Shown in pieces: positions 37,089-46,884 of a stretch of 64,000 nucleotides of DNA. The notes below the pieces were generated by a model. The model was not told the origin of the DNA and searched no databases. It saw nothing but the letters and a program-made list of their open reading frames with translations. Positions within the stretch are counted from its first letter, which is position 1. Each line of letters starts with the position of its first letter. This DNA is from a virus. A program made the position numbers and the translations under genes. The stretch is from IMG/VR virus record IMGVR_UViG_3300020429_000529, positions 32,001 to 96,000 of that record; one strand, written 5' to 3'.

Positions 37089-38806
37089 GCAAGAACTTCT
37101 ACAGTTCGTTTCGGGGCCTAAGTCGCACGGCTGATATGGCGCTGAACCCTGGCGAGGTCGATTACGGCAATCGTCAAGGTCTTCGTTGGCATCGTTTTTC
37201 GCCTGGTCAGTTTCAGGGCGAGAATAGCCTTCCTGAAGAGGCTTCGGGCACTATCTCGAACATGATGAACAGGTTCAAGGAAGAGTTCTCTCAGTTTAGG
37301 ATGAATCCTCAGACCGAGCAAGTCATCACAAAGTTTCGCGGAATGATCTTTGCGATCTACGCTCACGATACTGCATTGAGCGGTCAGGGCGCAGACGAGA
37401 TTCCGCCCGAGCTTCAAGAGACAGCAGAGTTTGTTCGACAGAACCATCTCCGCATGATCCCCAACGGTACAGAAAAGTCGATCGGTACAGACTTCTGGAT
37501 TACTCACAACGCTCATGCATATGCGGATTTGTTCCCGAACGACGTTCAGAAGGTGCAGAAATCAAGCCCCGAATCGATTGTCCCTTTGAAGAGCGAAGGA
37601 CAGCGATCGAAGGCCGAGCAAGCAGATATTCCTCACGGAGATCTTGTTGTTGCGCCTCGCGGTCGAGGATACGGACCTTTCATCGATTGGGATGGCAATC
37701 TTGAGCCGATCCTTCGAGGTCAGGCTGCGACGAACACAGAGAAGTTTTTCGTTGACAACCTTCGTATGGGGGCAAGTCTTGTTTCGATGCCTCAGGGACC
37801 GAGGGGTCCGATCGTTTCTGCTCGTCGTATCAATCTTCGAGCGGGAGATCGAGACAATGTTCGTCTTCGAGATGAGCAAGCTCGCCGACTTGAGATCTAC
37901 AACGACGCTATTCGCAATGAGACAGCTTACAGACTCTTCAATGATGAGGAGGGAGCCATTTATGCGAAGAACGTCTCTACCGAAGAAGAGTTCTATCTGA
38001 CCGAACAGCAGGTTCAAAGTATTATTCGACCTGAACAACTCAATAGGCCGTTCTTTGTTAGACCTGCAAAGGGTCAGCCTATCTCAAGCATCAGAGAGGG
38101 TCAGTGGCGAGTCACTGATGAACTGAAGAACCATCTTGCAACCACTGACGCTCCTGTTGGTTTTCAGGCGCTTACTGCTCTTCGAGAGCATCTCGACAAC
38201 TCATACAGAGAGCAGCATGGCGTAGCGATGCATGCCCCGTATGAGGGCTTCAAGATCATCATGATCGGCCCGTCGTTTTCGAACCCAAAGAACTTGGGCG
38301 AAGGACAGACGCAGAGTTTGCCTGGTTTTGCAACTCATTTGACTGCAACAGATCCAGAGGTACAGCCCGAAGGTCCGATTGATGTCAACAGGGGTATCAA
38401 CTGGGTTGTTATCTCGAATGAGATCCGTCCGAACCAACAGGACCGCATGAACCCATGGACAAGAGTCCAGGGTAAGAGCGAGCGTTCTGCTTCTTTTGCA
38501 ACGCCTCAAGAGGCAGTCCAGTATGTCATGAGTCAGTATGTAGATGCTGACGTTCCTGGTAATCAGTCTGTCCTTTCCGCTACTGCAGAATCGCTTGTAG
38601 AGGCCGATCGGGCATTGAATGCTGCTTTGAAGATGCCAGCGGGAGGATTGCCTGCGGCACCGCCTCCGCAGCAAATCTCAGCCCCCACTGTAGAAAATCC
38701 TGCAGCTACGCCGATACCAGAAGTGACGCAGCCTCAGCCGGTCGATTCAACGAATCGAATGGCTTCGAGTACCCTTCGGGCGACTCTTCGACGACTGAAA
38801 CGATAA
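37085..38806 (+). CDS. Hypothetical head-associated protein
   Basis: ATGA overlap; MSKNFY...SRTA tag. Confidence 0.75.
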   Translation: MSKNFYSSFRGLSRTADMALNPGEVDYGNRQGLRWHRFSPGQFQGENSLPEEASGTISNMMNRFKEEFSQFRMNPQTEQVITKFRGMIFAIYAHDTALSGQGADEIPPELQETAEFVRQNHLRMIPNGTEKSIGTDFWITHNAHAYADLFPNDVQKVQKSSPESIVPLKSEGQRSKAEQADIPHGDLVVAPRGRGYGPFIDWDGNLEPILRGQAATNTEKFFVDNLRMGASLVSMPQGPRGPIVSARRINLRAGDRDNVRLRDEQARRLEIYNDAIRNETAYRLFNDEEGAIYAKNVSTEEEFYLTEQQVQSIIRPEQLNRPFFVRPAKGQPISSIREGQWRVTDELKNHLATTDAPVGFQALTALREHLDNSYREQHGVAMHAPYEGFKIIMIGPSFSNPKNLGEGQTQSLPGFATHLTATDPEVQPEGPIDVNRGINWVVISNEIRPNQQDRMNPWTRVQGKSERSASFATPQEAVQYVMSQYVDADVPGNQSVLSATAESLVEADRALNAALKMPAGGLPAAPPPQQISAPTVENPAATPIPEVTQPQPVDSTNRMASSTLRATLRRLKR

Positions 38807-38882
38807 GAAAAAGAAGGAATTCTCCCGCAACGATGCTAAACCATAGATTACAGAACGTCTTCGCGCGCGTGAGGAGAACCCC

Positions 38883-41800
38883 ATGAGTTCCAAAGGCTTT
38901 ATCAAATGGGCGTCAGGTCCAATGCCGGCAGAAGTTGTCCATCTGCCAAAGACAGACGACTGGAAGTATCTAAACACATCTCGTGTTAAGGTTGCCGGTA
39001 TCGATAAAACCAAGGATACTGATCTTGGCGGCTTTGATCTGAGCGCCGCCGTTGACGAGCATCCCAACCATCTTTTTGTCAAGGCATTCGCTATCAAGGC
39101 TGATGAGGTCAATGATAACGGCGATGCCTTTTCTGCTGATGAGCTAAAGAAGGCTGCGGAAACATTCATTGATTGTCCCGTCTTTGTAAACCATCAGAAC
39201 GATGATGTTGAGAAGGCAAGAGGCAAGGTTGTTCACGCATGGTGGGACAACGATCAGCAGGGTATCTATGTCATCAACAGAGTTGACAAGGAAGCTTACC
39301 CTCAGTTGGCCCGAGGCATTGAAGAAGGTTACATCGTCGGAACTTCAATGGGCGCTCAGGTAGGCCATTCGGTCTGCTCTGTCTGTCACAACAAGGCTCA
39401 TGTTGCTGACGAGTTCTGCTCTCACATCAAGGAGCGTAAGGGCAAGAAGTATAGCGGCGCGCATCAGTGCAACTATCACAAGAGCCCTGGCGCTCCCAAG
39501 GACGATTGTCCTGCTTGCGGCTGCAAGAAGGGGTCCAATAAGGAGTTGAACCATAAGGAAGCTCAGATTTTTGAGTGGAACTATGATATCAACTTCATTG
39601 AAGACAGCTTTGTTGTCAACCCTGCTTGTCATGACTGCCTGGTTTGTGATGTTCTAAACGTTCCCGAAATCGAGAAGGTTGCGAACGTTAATATCGATAA
39701 GCTCCGCAAGGTTGCTTCTGCGATTCAGACCGCTGTTGATGGCGGCAAGATTGCGAAGAAGGCAGGAACGAAAGAGATTACCGCTCTCAATGAGGCTATG
39801 ACCCTCATGGAGGGCGTTACCCGTTCGATGATGGCTCAGAAGCAGCTTGTGTCCATGGAGTACGTCAGCGACATTGTTGAGCAGTTGGCGAAGCTTCAGG
39901 AAACAACCGATGAGTTGGTAGAGATGGGTTACAGTCAACTCCCATCGCCGCCTGAGTCGGAAGTTATTTTTGGTAATCAGCAGGCTGCATCTCCTGTTGA
40001 GGGCGGAGCAACTCAGGTTTCCGATCCGAACATGATGCAGTCGCAGCAGCCCCAGATGTCGGCAGGCTCGCCGTCAGGTACTACAAGTTCTCCGGTAGGT
40101 GATGGGTTGGCAACGATCACAAAGCCAACTTTTTCAAAGTCTGAGAAGGAATTTTTGACACAAGCCGAGAACATCAAGGAGAGTATCCGCAGGATAGCGA
40201 GCGGTTTCAGCGCCGACAGGGGGTTGATCCATTCAAGGAGAGAATCTGTGTTGAAGTCGGAGCATACTTACGCTGCGGAGAATGGCGACCTGAAAATCGT
40301 CATTGCTCATACTGAAGATGGCGAATGTCACGTTGCCGAGTTCAAGGGAACGCAGCTTCGTAAGCTGACAAATGCCGATGAGTTTGGTAATGAGATGCGA
40401 ATGCTCATTGCTAACGATCCCCAGAATGCTGCACAGAGGATTCTAACACAAACGTCTGAGTCCAAGGAGTCGAGAGAGGCTATGGCAAACTCAAATAACA
40501 AGAAGACCGCTGCTGGTCGCGGAGTTACGGAAGAGCAGACTGAGATGATTACTCAGAAGCAGCTTGATGCTGCTGATCTTCCGGAATACACAAAGCGTCA
40601 GGAAGACAGCTACGAAACGATCACCGAAGGCGATGAGCAGATTGGCGGCACCGAGCGTTACAACGATGTAACGACTGCAAGCCCTCAGACTCGCCGAGGT
40701 TCTTACGATGTCATCACTCAGGAGCAGCTAAACGCTATTACTGAGGGGCATCTTTCTCGTTGGAAGGACTTCCCTGAAGTCATCACCGAGAAGCAATGGG
40801 ACGAGATGAGCCGTACCGTCGATGCGATCCTTCCTGAGGATTGGACCGAGGAAATCACTCAGGCTCAGCTTCTCAACCTCCGAGACAACCACCGTTGGGA
40901 AGATCCCAACGTCATCACTCAGGGTCAGCTTGATAATCAAGGCAGCACGATGCCTGATATCGGCGACACCGCACGTTGGAAGGCCGCTGGCCGAGATCCT
41001 GCCTCGCTTGTCAAGGCAGCCGCCAAGTCGGTTTCCGACGCCATCGCTAACTACGGTCTCTCTCCGCAGGATGTTGCCAACGCAGTTGCGTCGGTTACGA
41101 CATCTCCTCATGCGCAGATGAAGGCTTCGTATCTGACCCTTATCAACGCTGTCCCATCGAAGATCGCTGGCCGTCAGGCTGAGCGAGATCGTCGCAGCTA
41201 CTTCGAGAGAGTCGCAAACCGTCGCGCAGATGGTTTCAGCGCCGTCGATGGTTTGCTTGCATCCATGGCCGACAACGTTGGTTACTTGAAGTCCAACAAC
41301 CTGATTGATGCGGTACGTCGCATTGTTCAGGACAAGACAGCTTTTGCGAAGGCCGAGAAGAACGCCCGTACTGCTATCAAGCAGGCTCAGTCGGCGGAAG
41401 CTCGGCCCGTTTCGTATGACGATGGCCTCGCTGCGGCTCTTGCCGAGTTTGTCAACGAGGACGGTCTCACCAAGGTTTGCGGAGCCCTCTCTGAGATCTC
41501 TGTCAAGCCTTCTAAGGGCGGCGACTTTGTTGCTGCGGCCTTCAAGTTCGCTTCTGAGCATGAGGAAATCGAGGATGAAGTCATCCTTGCTTCTGTTGAC
41601 ATCGATGAAGAGGCGGGCACCTTCGAGGTTGTTCTGAAGGACGTTTCTGCTGCTACCGAAGAGGAAGTTGAGCGATTCAAGCAGGCTCAGGTTGCTAACT
41701 TCGGAGACAAGAAGGCAGAGCCGTTTGGTAAGAAGGACAAGAACGAGAAGGGCAAGGAAGACGCAGACGGCAAGGAAGATGATGCCGATGCTGAGGGTTG

Positions 41801-44723
41801 CGGAACCATGGCGGGTTCGAAGGGCGGTCAGAAGACTGCTCGTTCCGAGCGTCGTCAGCAGATGCTCCGCGAGGCTCAGTTGATGGGCGGTCAGATGCCA
41901 ACCGATATGGGCGCTGGCGGCGGAGGCGGAGCATCGCTTCCCGCTCCTCCTGCTGAGGGCGGCGCTCCTGTTGAGTCGTTCGATGGAGGCCTTGATGACA
42001 TGGGCGAGGAAGGATTCGATGAGGATCTTATGCCCAAGCCGCCCGGCGCTATCTGCCCTGTTTGCGGTTCCGATGACGTTGACGTTGTTGACGGCAGAGG
42101 CAAGTGCAACAACTGCGGAGCCGAGTGGGACATCGAAATCATGATTAACGTCCGCAAGTGGCCTGGTATTACTGACCAGGGCGAAGAGGACGACACTCTT
42201 GGCGGCGAAGCCGGCGAAGAGGGCGAAGGTTTTGCTCTCGATGAGGACAACCCCATCGAGGAGAGTCTGCCTGTTGCCGCAACCACTCGCTTGACCGATT
42301 TCTCGCTCAAGAAGATGGCAGAGGCCAACATCAGCCTTGGTTCTGTAAGTCCTTACAGCGGCACAACCGAAACTTACCGAGTCGGCAAGACCGCCGATGG
42401 CGCTACGGAGTTCCACTGCTTCAGCAGCGGTCAGAGGTACTTGGTAAGAGCAGCCCAGAAGGGCGACAAGGTTTACGCTCGTTGGGAATGGACGCCTCGC
42501 TTCAGCGAGCCATGCCAGAACTGCAGCCGAGTCCGCAAGACCTTTGCGAAGGCCCTTGCTAACCGCAACCTCACAATGGAGAAGTTCCAGTCGCTCTCTG
42601 CACGAGATCGCGGCAAGTTGATCCTTGCGATGAACAACGAGGGAACTTTCAAGACTGTCAAGACCGCATCGAAGAACGAGTCGATCTCCAAGACCTTCAA
42701 GGAAGTTTACGCTTTCGGTCCTGGCGACAAGTTCCCTGTTGAGTCTTGCCGAGAGAAGCTTGCTCGTCGCTTCGGCGAAGATGCGATTGCTTTGAGCGGC
42801 CCATGCCACGGCAGCAACCTTGTTGACTGCGTATGCAAGAGCCTCAAGTCGGCAGGAGTATACAGCAACGGTCTTGCTGTCAAGATTGCTCAGATTTGGG
42901 CGGATCGAGACGGCTGCATCGAATGCTTCGAGGACAACATCCGCTCTGGCTTCACGGCTGAGCAGTCGTCTCTCATCTGCGAGAGCATGAAGCAGGTCTT
43001 TGCTCAGCCCATCGAGATGTTTGCTGATGAGCTTGAGAATGGCTTCGACGATGGAGGAAACGACGGAGGCTTCGATGATGGCGGCGATGAGGTCGGCTTC
43101 TTCGAAGAGGATGTCAACCCGTTCGGCGGAGACGAGGCTGCTGGCTTCGTAACGATCGAGCTTCCGATTGATGTTCTTGAGCAGGTTGATGAGGCTCTTG
43201 ATGTTGCTTTGGGCGAAGATCCTGCTCTTGAGGGACATCACGACGAGGGAATCCTTCCCGAGGGCGACGTAGAGGTTGAAGTCGGCGACGAGGTTGCCGA
43301 TGGCCTTGAGGACGCAACCGAGAATGCCCTTGACGCAGCGGTTGATGTTGCTGATGAAGTCGTTGACAGTCTCGAAGGCGAGGTTGAGGACGACGGAGAC
43401 GGCGATGATGACGGCGGCGACGACAACGGCGGGGGCAACCCGTTCGGCGGCGATGAGTCTCACGACGATGAGGGGTCCGATCCTCTTATGGCAGAAAATC
43501 ACACAGGAAAGAAGGAATCTTATGCAGAAACTTCAAATGAAGATGACAGCGAGGATTCCGAAGAGGAAGTCACAATGCGAGAGGCTGAGGCTTTGGCCGA
43601 CAACCTGAAGCGCGGTAAGATTTCTCAGACTGGTCGAATCAGTCTTGATCTTGACGGAGTGCTTGCGGCGCTCGGCAAGAACGCCCAGTCGAATCTTCAC
43701 CAGACGAACGTCCAGGACGACGCTGACATTCAGCCGACTTCCGGTAAGAACAAGTCTCAGATGGGTCACGAGGACAAGTTGACCCTTGCTGATCCAGATG
43801 CCCCTTCCGCAGGAGCGGGCGCAACGATGGGCAAGGAGTCGGGCGACCTCGTACCTGAGAACAACACAAACGTCCCCAACGGCGGCGGCGAGATGGGTCA
43901 TGAGGCCGATCAAGGCTACACCGCTGAGAAGGGCGATCAGCACACCGGCGGCGAAGACGGCGCTGGTACTTCGAAGGCAGCTTCGAACGGACACAAGAAC
44001 TACCGTACCGCTGAAAGAGTCGGCGACCTTGCGGAGAGCTTGATCCGAGTTGCCGAAGAGAAGAAGCTCGCTCCTCCTGCTCCGCATGAGGATGATGAGG
44101 ACATTCAGCCTGTTCAGGAGAACAAGGATCACTCGCACTCGGGCAACGAGATCAAGCCCCGAGAGGGAGATGACGGTCCTGATGCTCCCGAGCAGGGTAA
44201 TGCAAGCTTCATGGGTCATGAGGAAGAGTCCATTGGCGACGTTCCGAAGAGCCCAGAGCATCACCCCGAGTTCCCCGCTGGCGGCGGACAGAACTCGAAG
44301 TATGACAGAAATGAACGCTACGCCCCTGAGAAGCAGGAGCGTGACAAAGGCACGGTCATCGCACGTCGCGATGAGGAGTCCCTTGCGGCCCGAAAGAAGG
44401 CTGCTCAAGTCCTTGCAGGTAAGATGGTCGCAAGCGGCCTGATTCAGCCTGCACAGATCGTCGATAAGATCGCTCAGCTTGAGCGTTATCAGATCGAGCA
44501 GATCGCGGATCTTGAGAAGTCGATCTTTGGCGGAGCTTCGAGGAAAGGGCTCGACGCCGTAGCGAAGGGAGCGCAAACCCCTCTCGTCGTCAATGCTTCG
44601 GCGAATGAGCGAGAACCGGCAGGAGAGCTAAGGACAAAGCTGCAGAGCTTGTTCACGCTCGACCGTCGTAACCAACTCGCTGATTCTGATGACGATGCGC
44701 AACTCAGGAATGGATACAGGTAA
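38883..44723 (+). CDS. Prohead protease/scaffold polyprotein (1946 aa)
   Basis: N-terminal NDNGDAF..EL..PVFVNH..ARG..GTSMG..EDSFVVNPA resembles HK97-type prohead proteases; Zn-finger clusters; acidic disordered C-half; directly upstream of decoration and MCP genes. Confidence 0.75.
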   Translation: MSSKGFIKWASGPMPAEVVHLPKTDDWKYLNTSRVKVAGIDKTKDTDLGGFDLSAAVDEHPNHLFVKAFAIKADEVNDNGDAFSADELKKAAETFIDCPVFVNHQNDDVEKARGKVVHAWWDNDQQGIYVINRVDKEAYPQLARGIEEGYIVGTSMGAQVGHSVCSVCHNKAHVADEFCSHIKERKGKKYSGAHQCNYHKSPGAPKDDCPACGCKKGSNKELNHKEAQIFEWNYDINFIEDSFVVNPACHDCLVCDVLNVPEIEKVANVNIDKLRKVASAIQTAVDGGKIAKKAGTKEITALNEAMTLMEGVTRSMMAQKQLVSMEYVSDIVEQLAKLQETTDELVEMGYSQLPSPPESEVIFGNQQAASPVEGGATQVSDPNMMQSQQPQMSAGSPSGTTSSPVGDGLATITKPTFSKSEKEFLTQAENIKESIRRIASGFSADRGLIHSRRESVLKSEHTYAAENGDLKIVIAHTEDGECHVAEFKGTQLRKLTNADEFGNEMRMLIANDPQNAAQRILTQTSESKESREAMANSNNKKTAAGRGVTEEQTEMITQKQLDAADLPEYTKRQEDSYETITEGDEQIGGTERYNDVTTASPQTRRGSYDVITQEQLNAITEGHLSRWKDFPEVITEKQWDEMSRTVDAILPEDWTEEITQAQLLNLRDNHRWEDPNVITQGQLDNQGSTMPDIGDTARWKAAGRDPASLVKAAAKSVSDAIANYGLSPQDVANAVASVTTSPHAQMKASYLTLINAVPSKIAGRQAERDRRSYFERVANRRADGFSAVDGLLASMADNVGYLKSNNLIDAVRRIVQDKTAFAKAEKNARTAIKQAQSAEARPVSYDDGLAAALAEFVNEDGLTKVCGALSEISVKPSKGGDFVAAAFKFASEHEEIEDEVILASVDIDEEAGTFEVVLKDVSAATEEEVERFKQAQVANFGDKKAEPFGKKDKNEKGKEDADGKEDDADAEGCGTMAGSKGGQKTARSERRQQMLREAQLMGGQMPTDMGAGGGGGASLPAPPAEGGAPVESFDGGLDDMGEEGFDEDLMPKPPGAICPVCGSDDVDVVDGRGKCNNCGAEWDIEIMINVRKWPGITDQGEEDDTLGGEAGEEGEGFALDEDNPIEESLPVAATTRLTDFSLKKMAEANISLGSVSPYSGTTETYRVGKTADGATEFHCFSSGQRYLVRAAQKGDKVYARWEWTPRFSEPCQNCSRVRKTFAKALANRNLTMEKFQSLSARDRGKLILAMNNEGTFKTVKTASKNESISKTFKEVYAFGPGDKFPVESCREKLARRFGEDAIALSGPCHGSNLVDCVCKSLKSAGVYSNGLAVKIAQIWADRDGCIECFEDNIRSGFTAEQSSLICESMKQVFAQPIEMFADELENGFDDGGNDGGFDDGGDEVGFFEEDVNPFGGDEAAGFVTIELPIDVLEQVDEALDVALGEDPALEGHHDEGILPEGDVEVEVGDEVADGLEDATENALDAAVDVADEVVDSLEGEVEDDGDGDDDGGDDNGGGNPFGGDESHDDEGSDPLMAENHTGKKESYAETSNEDDSEDSEEEVTMREAEALADNLKRGKISQTGRISLDLDGVLAALGKNAQSNLHQTNVQDDADIQPTSGKNKSQMGHEDKLTLADPDAPSAGAGATMGKESGDLVPENNTNVPNGGGEMGHEADQGYTAEKGDQHTGGEDGAGTSKAASNGHKNYRTAERVGDLAESLIRVAEEKKLAPPAPHEDDEDIQPVQENKDHSHSGNEIKPREGDDGPDAPEQGNASFMGHEEESIGDVPKSPEHHPEFPAGGGQNSKYDRNERYAPEKQERDKGTVIARRDEESLAARKKAAQVLAGKMVASGLIQPAQIVDKIAQLERYQIEQIADLEKSIFGGASRKGLDAVAKGAQTPLVVNASANEREPAGELRTKLQSLFTLDRRNQLADSDDDAQLRNGYR
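40540..40935 (+). repeat. Six IT[Q/E]xQ[L/W] peptide repeats
   Basis: MITQKQL, TITEGDEQI, VITQEQL, VITEKQW, EITQAQL, VITQGQL; boundaries approximate. Confidence 0.7.
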
Positions 44724-44749
44724 AGAATACCTAACGAGGAGATAGAACA

Positions 44750-45277
44750 ATGGCTTTGATTCCTGTTTACCACGTTGTTCCTTCGTACTACCCCGTCGAT
44801 CCCGACTACGATGCGGTCAACAGCCCGATCATCATGGGTATGTTCGTTACGCTTCAGTCGAACGGCTATGTAGCGAAGGCAAATGCAACCAACGCAATCG
44901 GTATCGCTGGCGACTCGATCGCTACCGACTCCGGTTACACCCCTTATGCTGCTGATATTGTCATCAGCGGTAACGGCGCGACTCGCTCGACTTCGAACCG
45001 AGTTTCGGACTTCTTCGACGAGACGCGCGGCTCTGGTAAGCTGACGGTTTACCACAGCGGAGGCGAGTTCTGGACCGACCAGTACGAGTCTTCGATTGCG
45101 GCTGACCCCCCAGCGGCGGTATACAGCAGCGCGAACGCACTGCTTGACGACTCCGGATCTGTTTCCGTTGGTCGTTTGATCGAAGGGCCTACGGACTACC
45201 CCAGCGGTGTTCCGGGTACTGATACGCAGGGATCGATTTCCCTCGGTCAATACATTAGGTTCAAGCTCAGCCTCTAA
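44750..45277 (+). CDS. Head decoration/capsid cement protein
   Basis: GAGGAG RBS; position before MCP; beta-rich, SGKLTVYHSGGEFWTDQY. Confidence 0.65.
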   Translation: MALIPVYHVVPSYYPVDPDYDAVNSPIIMGMFVTLQSNGYVAKANATNAIGIAGDSIATDSGYTPYAADIVISGNGATRSTSNRVSDFFDETRGSGKLTVYHSGGEFWTDQYESSIAADPPAAVYSSANALLDDSGSVSVGRLIEGPTDYPSGVPGTDTQGSISLGQYIRFKLSL

Positions 45278-45363
45278 ACCCGAGGCAAGAGTAGAGAAGG
45301 TTTGAAACTTTGAGTCTCTGACAGCAGAGGCATCATAAGAGCAAACACTTAGGAGGTAGAATA

Positions 45364-46257
45364 ATGTCTTTCACCAAGAATCTCTCTGATGACCAGAAGG
45401 AAGAGGTCATCGCACAGGCTCTTGAGACTGACGAGGGACGCACCGCTCTTGCTCAGGCTATGGTCGAGCCCATCCGTCGTTCTCTTGAGTACCAGGCAGT
45501 TGGTCGTAAGCTGCTCATGGTTGACGAGCTTCCCCAGGGCGCGCTTGCCCGATACGAGCGCGACGTTGCCGCTATTGCGCACGTCGTCTCCCGTCGAGGC
45601 GCTGTTCCTGACCAGATCCAGGAAGGCGAGGAAATCCTCGTTCCGACCTGGGAGATCGCGGCTAACCCCACGATCCGTCTCTCCGAGATCAAGGCGCGTC
45701 GCTTCTACATCGTAGACCGCGCGCAGATCAAGGCCAAGGAAGCCATCCAGAAGGAGGAAGATTCGCAGATTTTCAACGCGCTCATCGCAGCCGTTGACAA
45801 CCGCGCAGCTAACCCTCTCTTCGCTGACGATGCTCAGATCGTCCAGGACGGTTCCTCGCTCAGCACGACTTCGCTCAACGCAGCGTTCCGTCTGATCGAG
45901 CGTCACGACCTGGTTGCGACCAAGATCGTTATGCACGCCAACCGCTACGCAGATGTCCGTACCTTCGGTAAGGACTTCTACGACGAGGCCACCACTCGTG
46001 AGATCCTCACGACTGGTCTCTACGGTCACCTCTGGACCGCCGACATCCACGTTTCGTCGCGCATGCCGCCCGAGACTGTTCTTGTCGTCGCTTCGCCAGA
46101 CACCGTTGGCGCGTTCCCGATCCGTCAGGACATCACCGTCCTGCCCGCAGACGACCCCAAGAAGCTCCGCCTCGGATGGGTCATCTACGAGGAAGTCGGC
46201 ATCGCCATCATCAACGACTACGCAATCTCGAAGATCGAGGTTGCCGCAACCAGCTAA
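45364..46257 (+). CDS. Major capsid protein (HK97 fold)
   Basis: Strong AGGAGGT RBS, strongly biased codons, head-module position, strong terminator; GRKLLMVDELPQGA, VPTWEIAANP. Confidence 0.85.
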   Translation: MSFTKNLSDDQKEEVIAQALETDEGRTALAQAMVEPIRRSLEYQAVGRKLLMVDELPQGALARYERDVAAIAHVVSRRGAVPDQIQEGEEILVPTWEIAANPTIRLSEIKARRFYIVDRAQIKAKEAIQKEEDSQIFNALIAAVDNRAANPLFADDAQIVQDGSSLSTTSLNAAFRLIERHDLVATKIVMHANRYADVRTFGKDFYDEATTREILTTGLYGHLWTADIHVSSRMPPETVLVVASPDTVGAFPIRQDITVLPADDPKKLRLGWVIYEEVGIAIINDYAISKIEVAATS

Positions 46258-46285
46258 TCTGATTAGCTGACCAAGAGTCTCTCTC

Positions 46286-46313
46286 ACGGCCCCTTTCGAG
46301 GGGCCGTTTTTTT
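46286..46313 (+). terminator. Rho-independent terminator
   Basis: ACGGCCCCT-TTCG-AGGGGCCGT followed by T6. Confidence 0.92.
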
Positions 46314-46332
46314 ATGCGCTCAGACAAATCTT

Positions 46333-46349
46333 GCCGATATAGAGTAAGG
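46333..46349 (+). promoter_or_regulatory. GCCGAT-type -10 element
   Basis: GCCGATATAGAGTAAG after the terminator; near-copy at 47385. Confidence 0.5.
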
Positions 46350-46425
46350 CGGGTATTGCGTGAAAGCTTACAGTGATAAGCCAGCAATGCCGAAGAACCT
46401 GAAGAGCATTTGATAGGAGTCCAAA

Positions 46426-46863
46426 ATGCAGATCGAAGTCACACTTGCAGAACTTAACAGCGTAGTCGAAGGTCTCAACAAGCTCGTTGAGACGCCCATG
46501 CCAGCCAAGTACGCCTTTCGCTTTGGCAAAGTAGCCAAGCAGCTTCAGGGCGAACTACAAGAGTTGCAGCAGCAACGCAACGAGCTTTACAAGAAGTACG
46601 GCGAGCAGCAGGAGAATGGATCGCTCACGATTCCGCCCGCCAAGGTCAACGACTTCTACGGCGAGGTTGAGGAGCTTCTCAAGGAGAGCGTCAACGTCAA
46701 CTTCGAGCCCATGCCGCTGTCCGCCATTGGCGATAGCGAGGTTTCGATTGCAACGATGGCCTGGCTCGATAAGTTCTTCGTTGATGACCTGAATCCTGAT
46801 GAGCCTGCGTCGGAGGTTTCCGAAGAGTCTCAGGAGGAGGAGGCTGTAGCGGCGGGCGCGTAA
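46426..46863 (+). CDS. Hypothetical protein (possible assembly chaperone)
   Basis: AGGAG RBS; helical LNKL..PAKYAF..QRNELYKKYGE. Confidence 0.7.
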   Translation: MQIEVTLAELNSVVEGLNKLVETPMPAKYAFRFGKVAKQLQGELQELQQQRNELYKKYGEQQENGSLTIPPAKVNDFYGEVEELLKESVNVNFEPMPLSAIGDSEVSIATMAWLDKFFVDDLNPDEPASEVSEESQEEEAVAAGA

Positions 46864-46884
46864 TACGATGTCAGGAGGCATCTC

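Noticed and set aside
40728-43502. 924-aa ORF on the minus strand
   Set aside because: Antisense shadow of the strongly codon-biased 1946-aa gene; no motifs or RBS
45364-46257. Encapsulin interpretation of the short HK97-fold protein
   Set aside because: Context of terminase, portal, protease, decoration protein and fibres indicates a phage capsid
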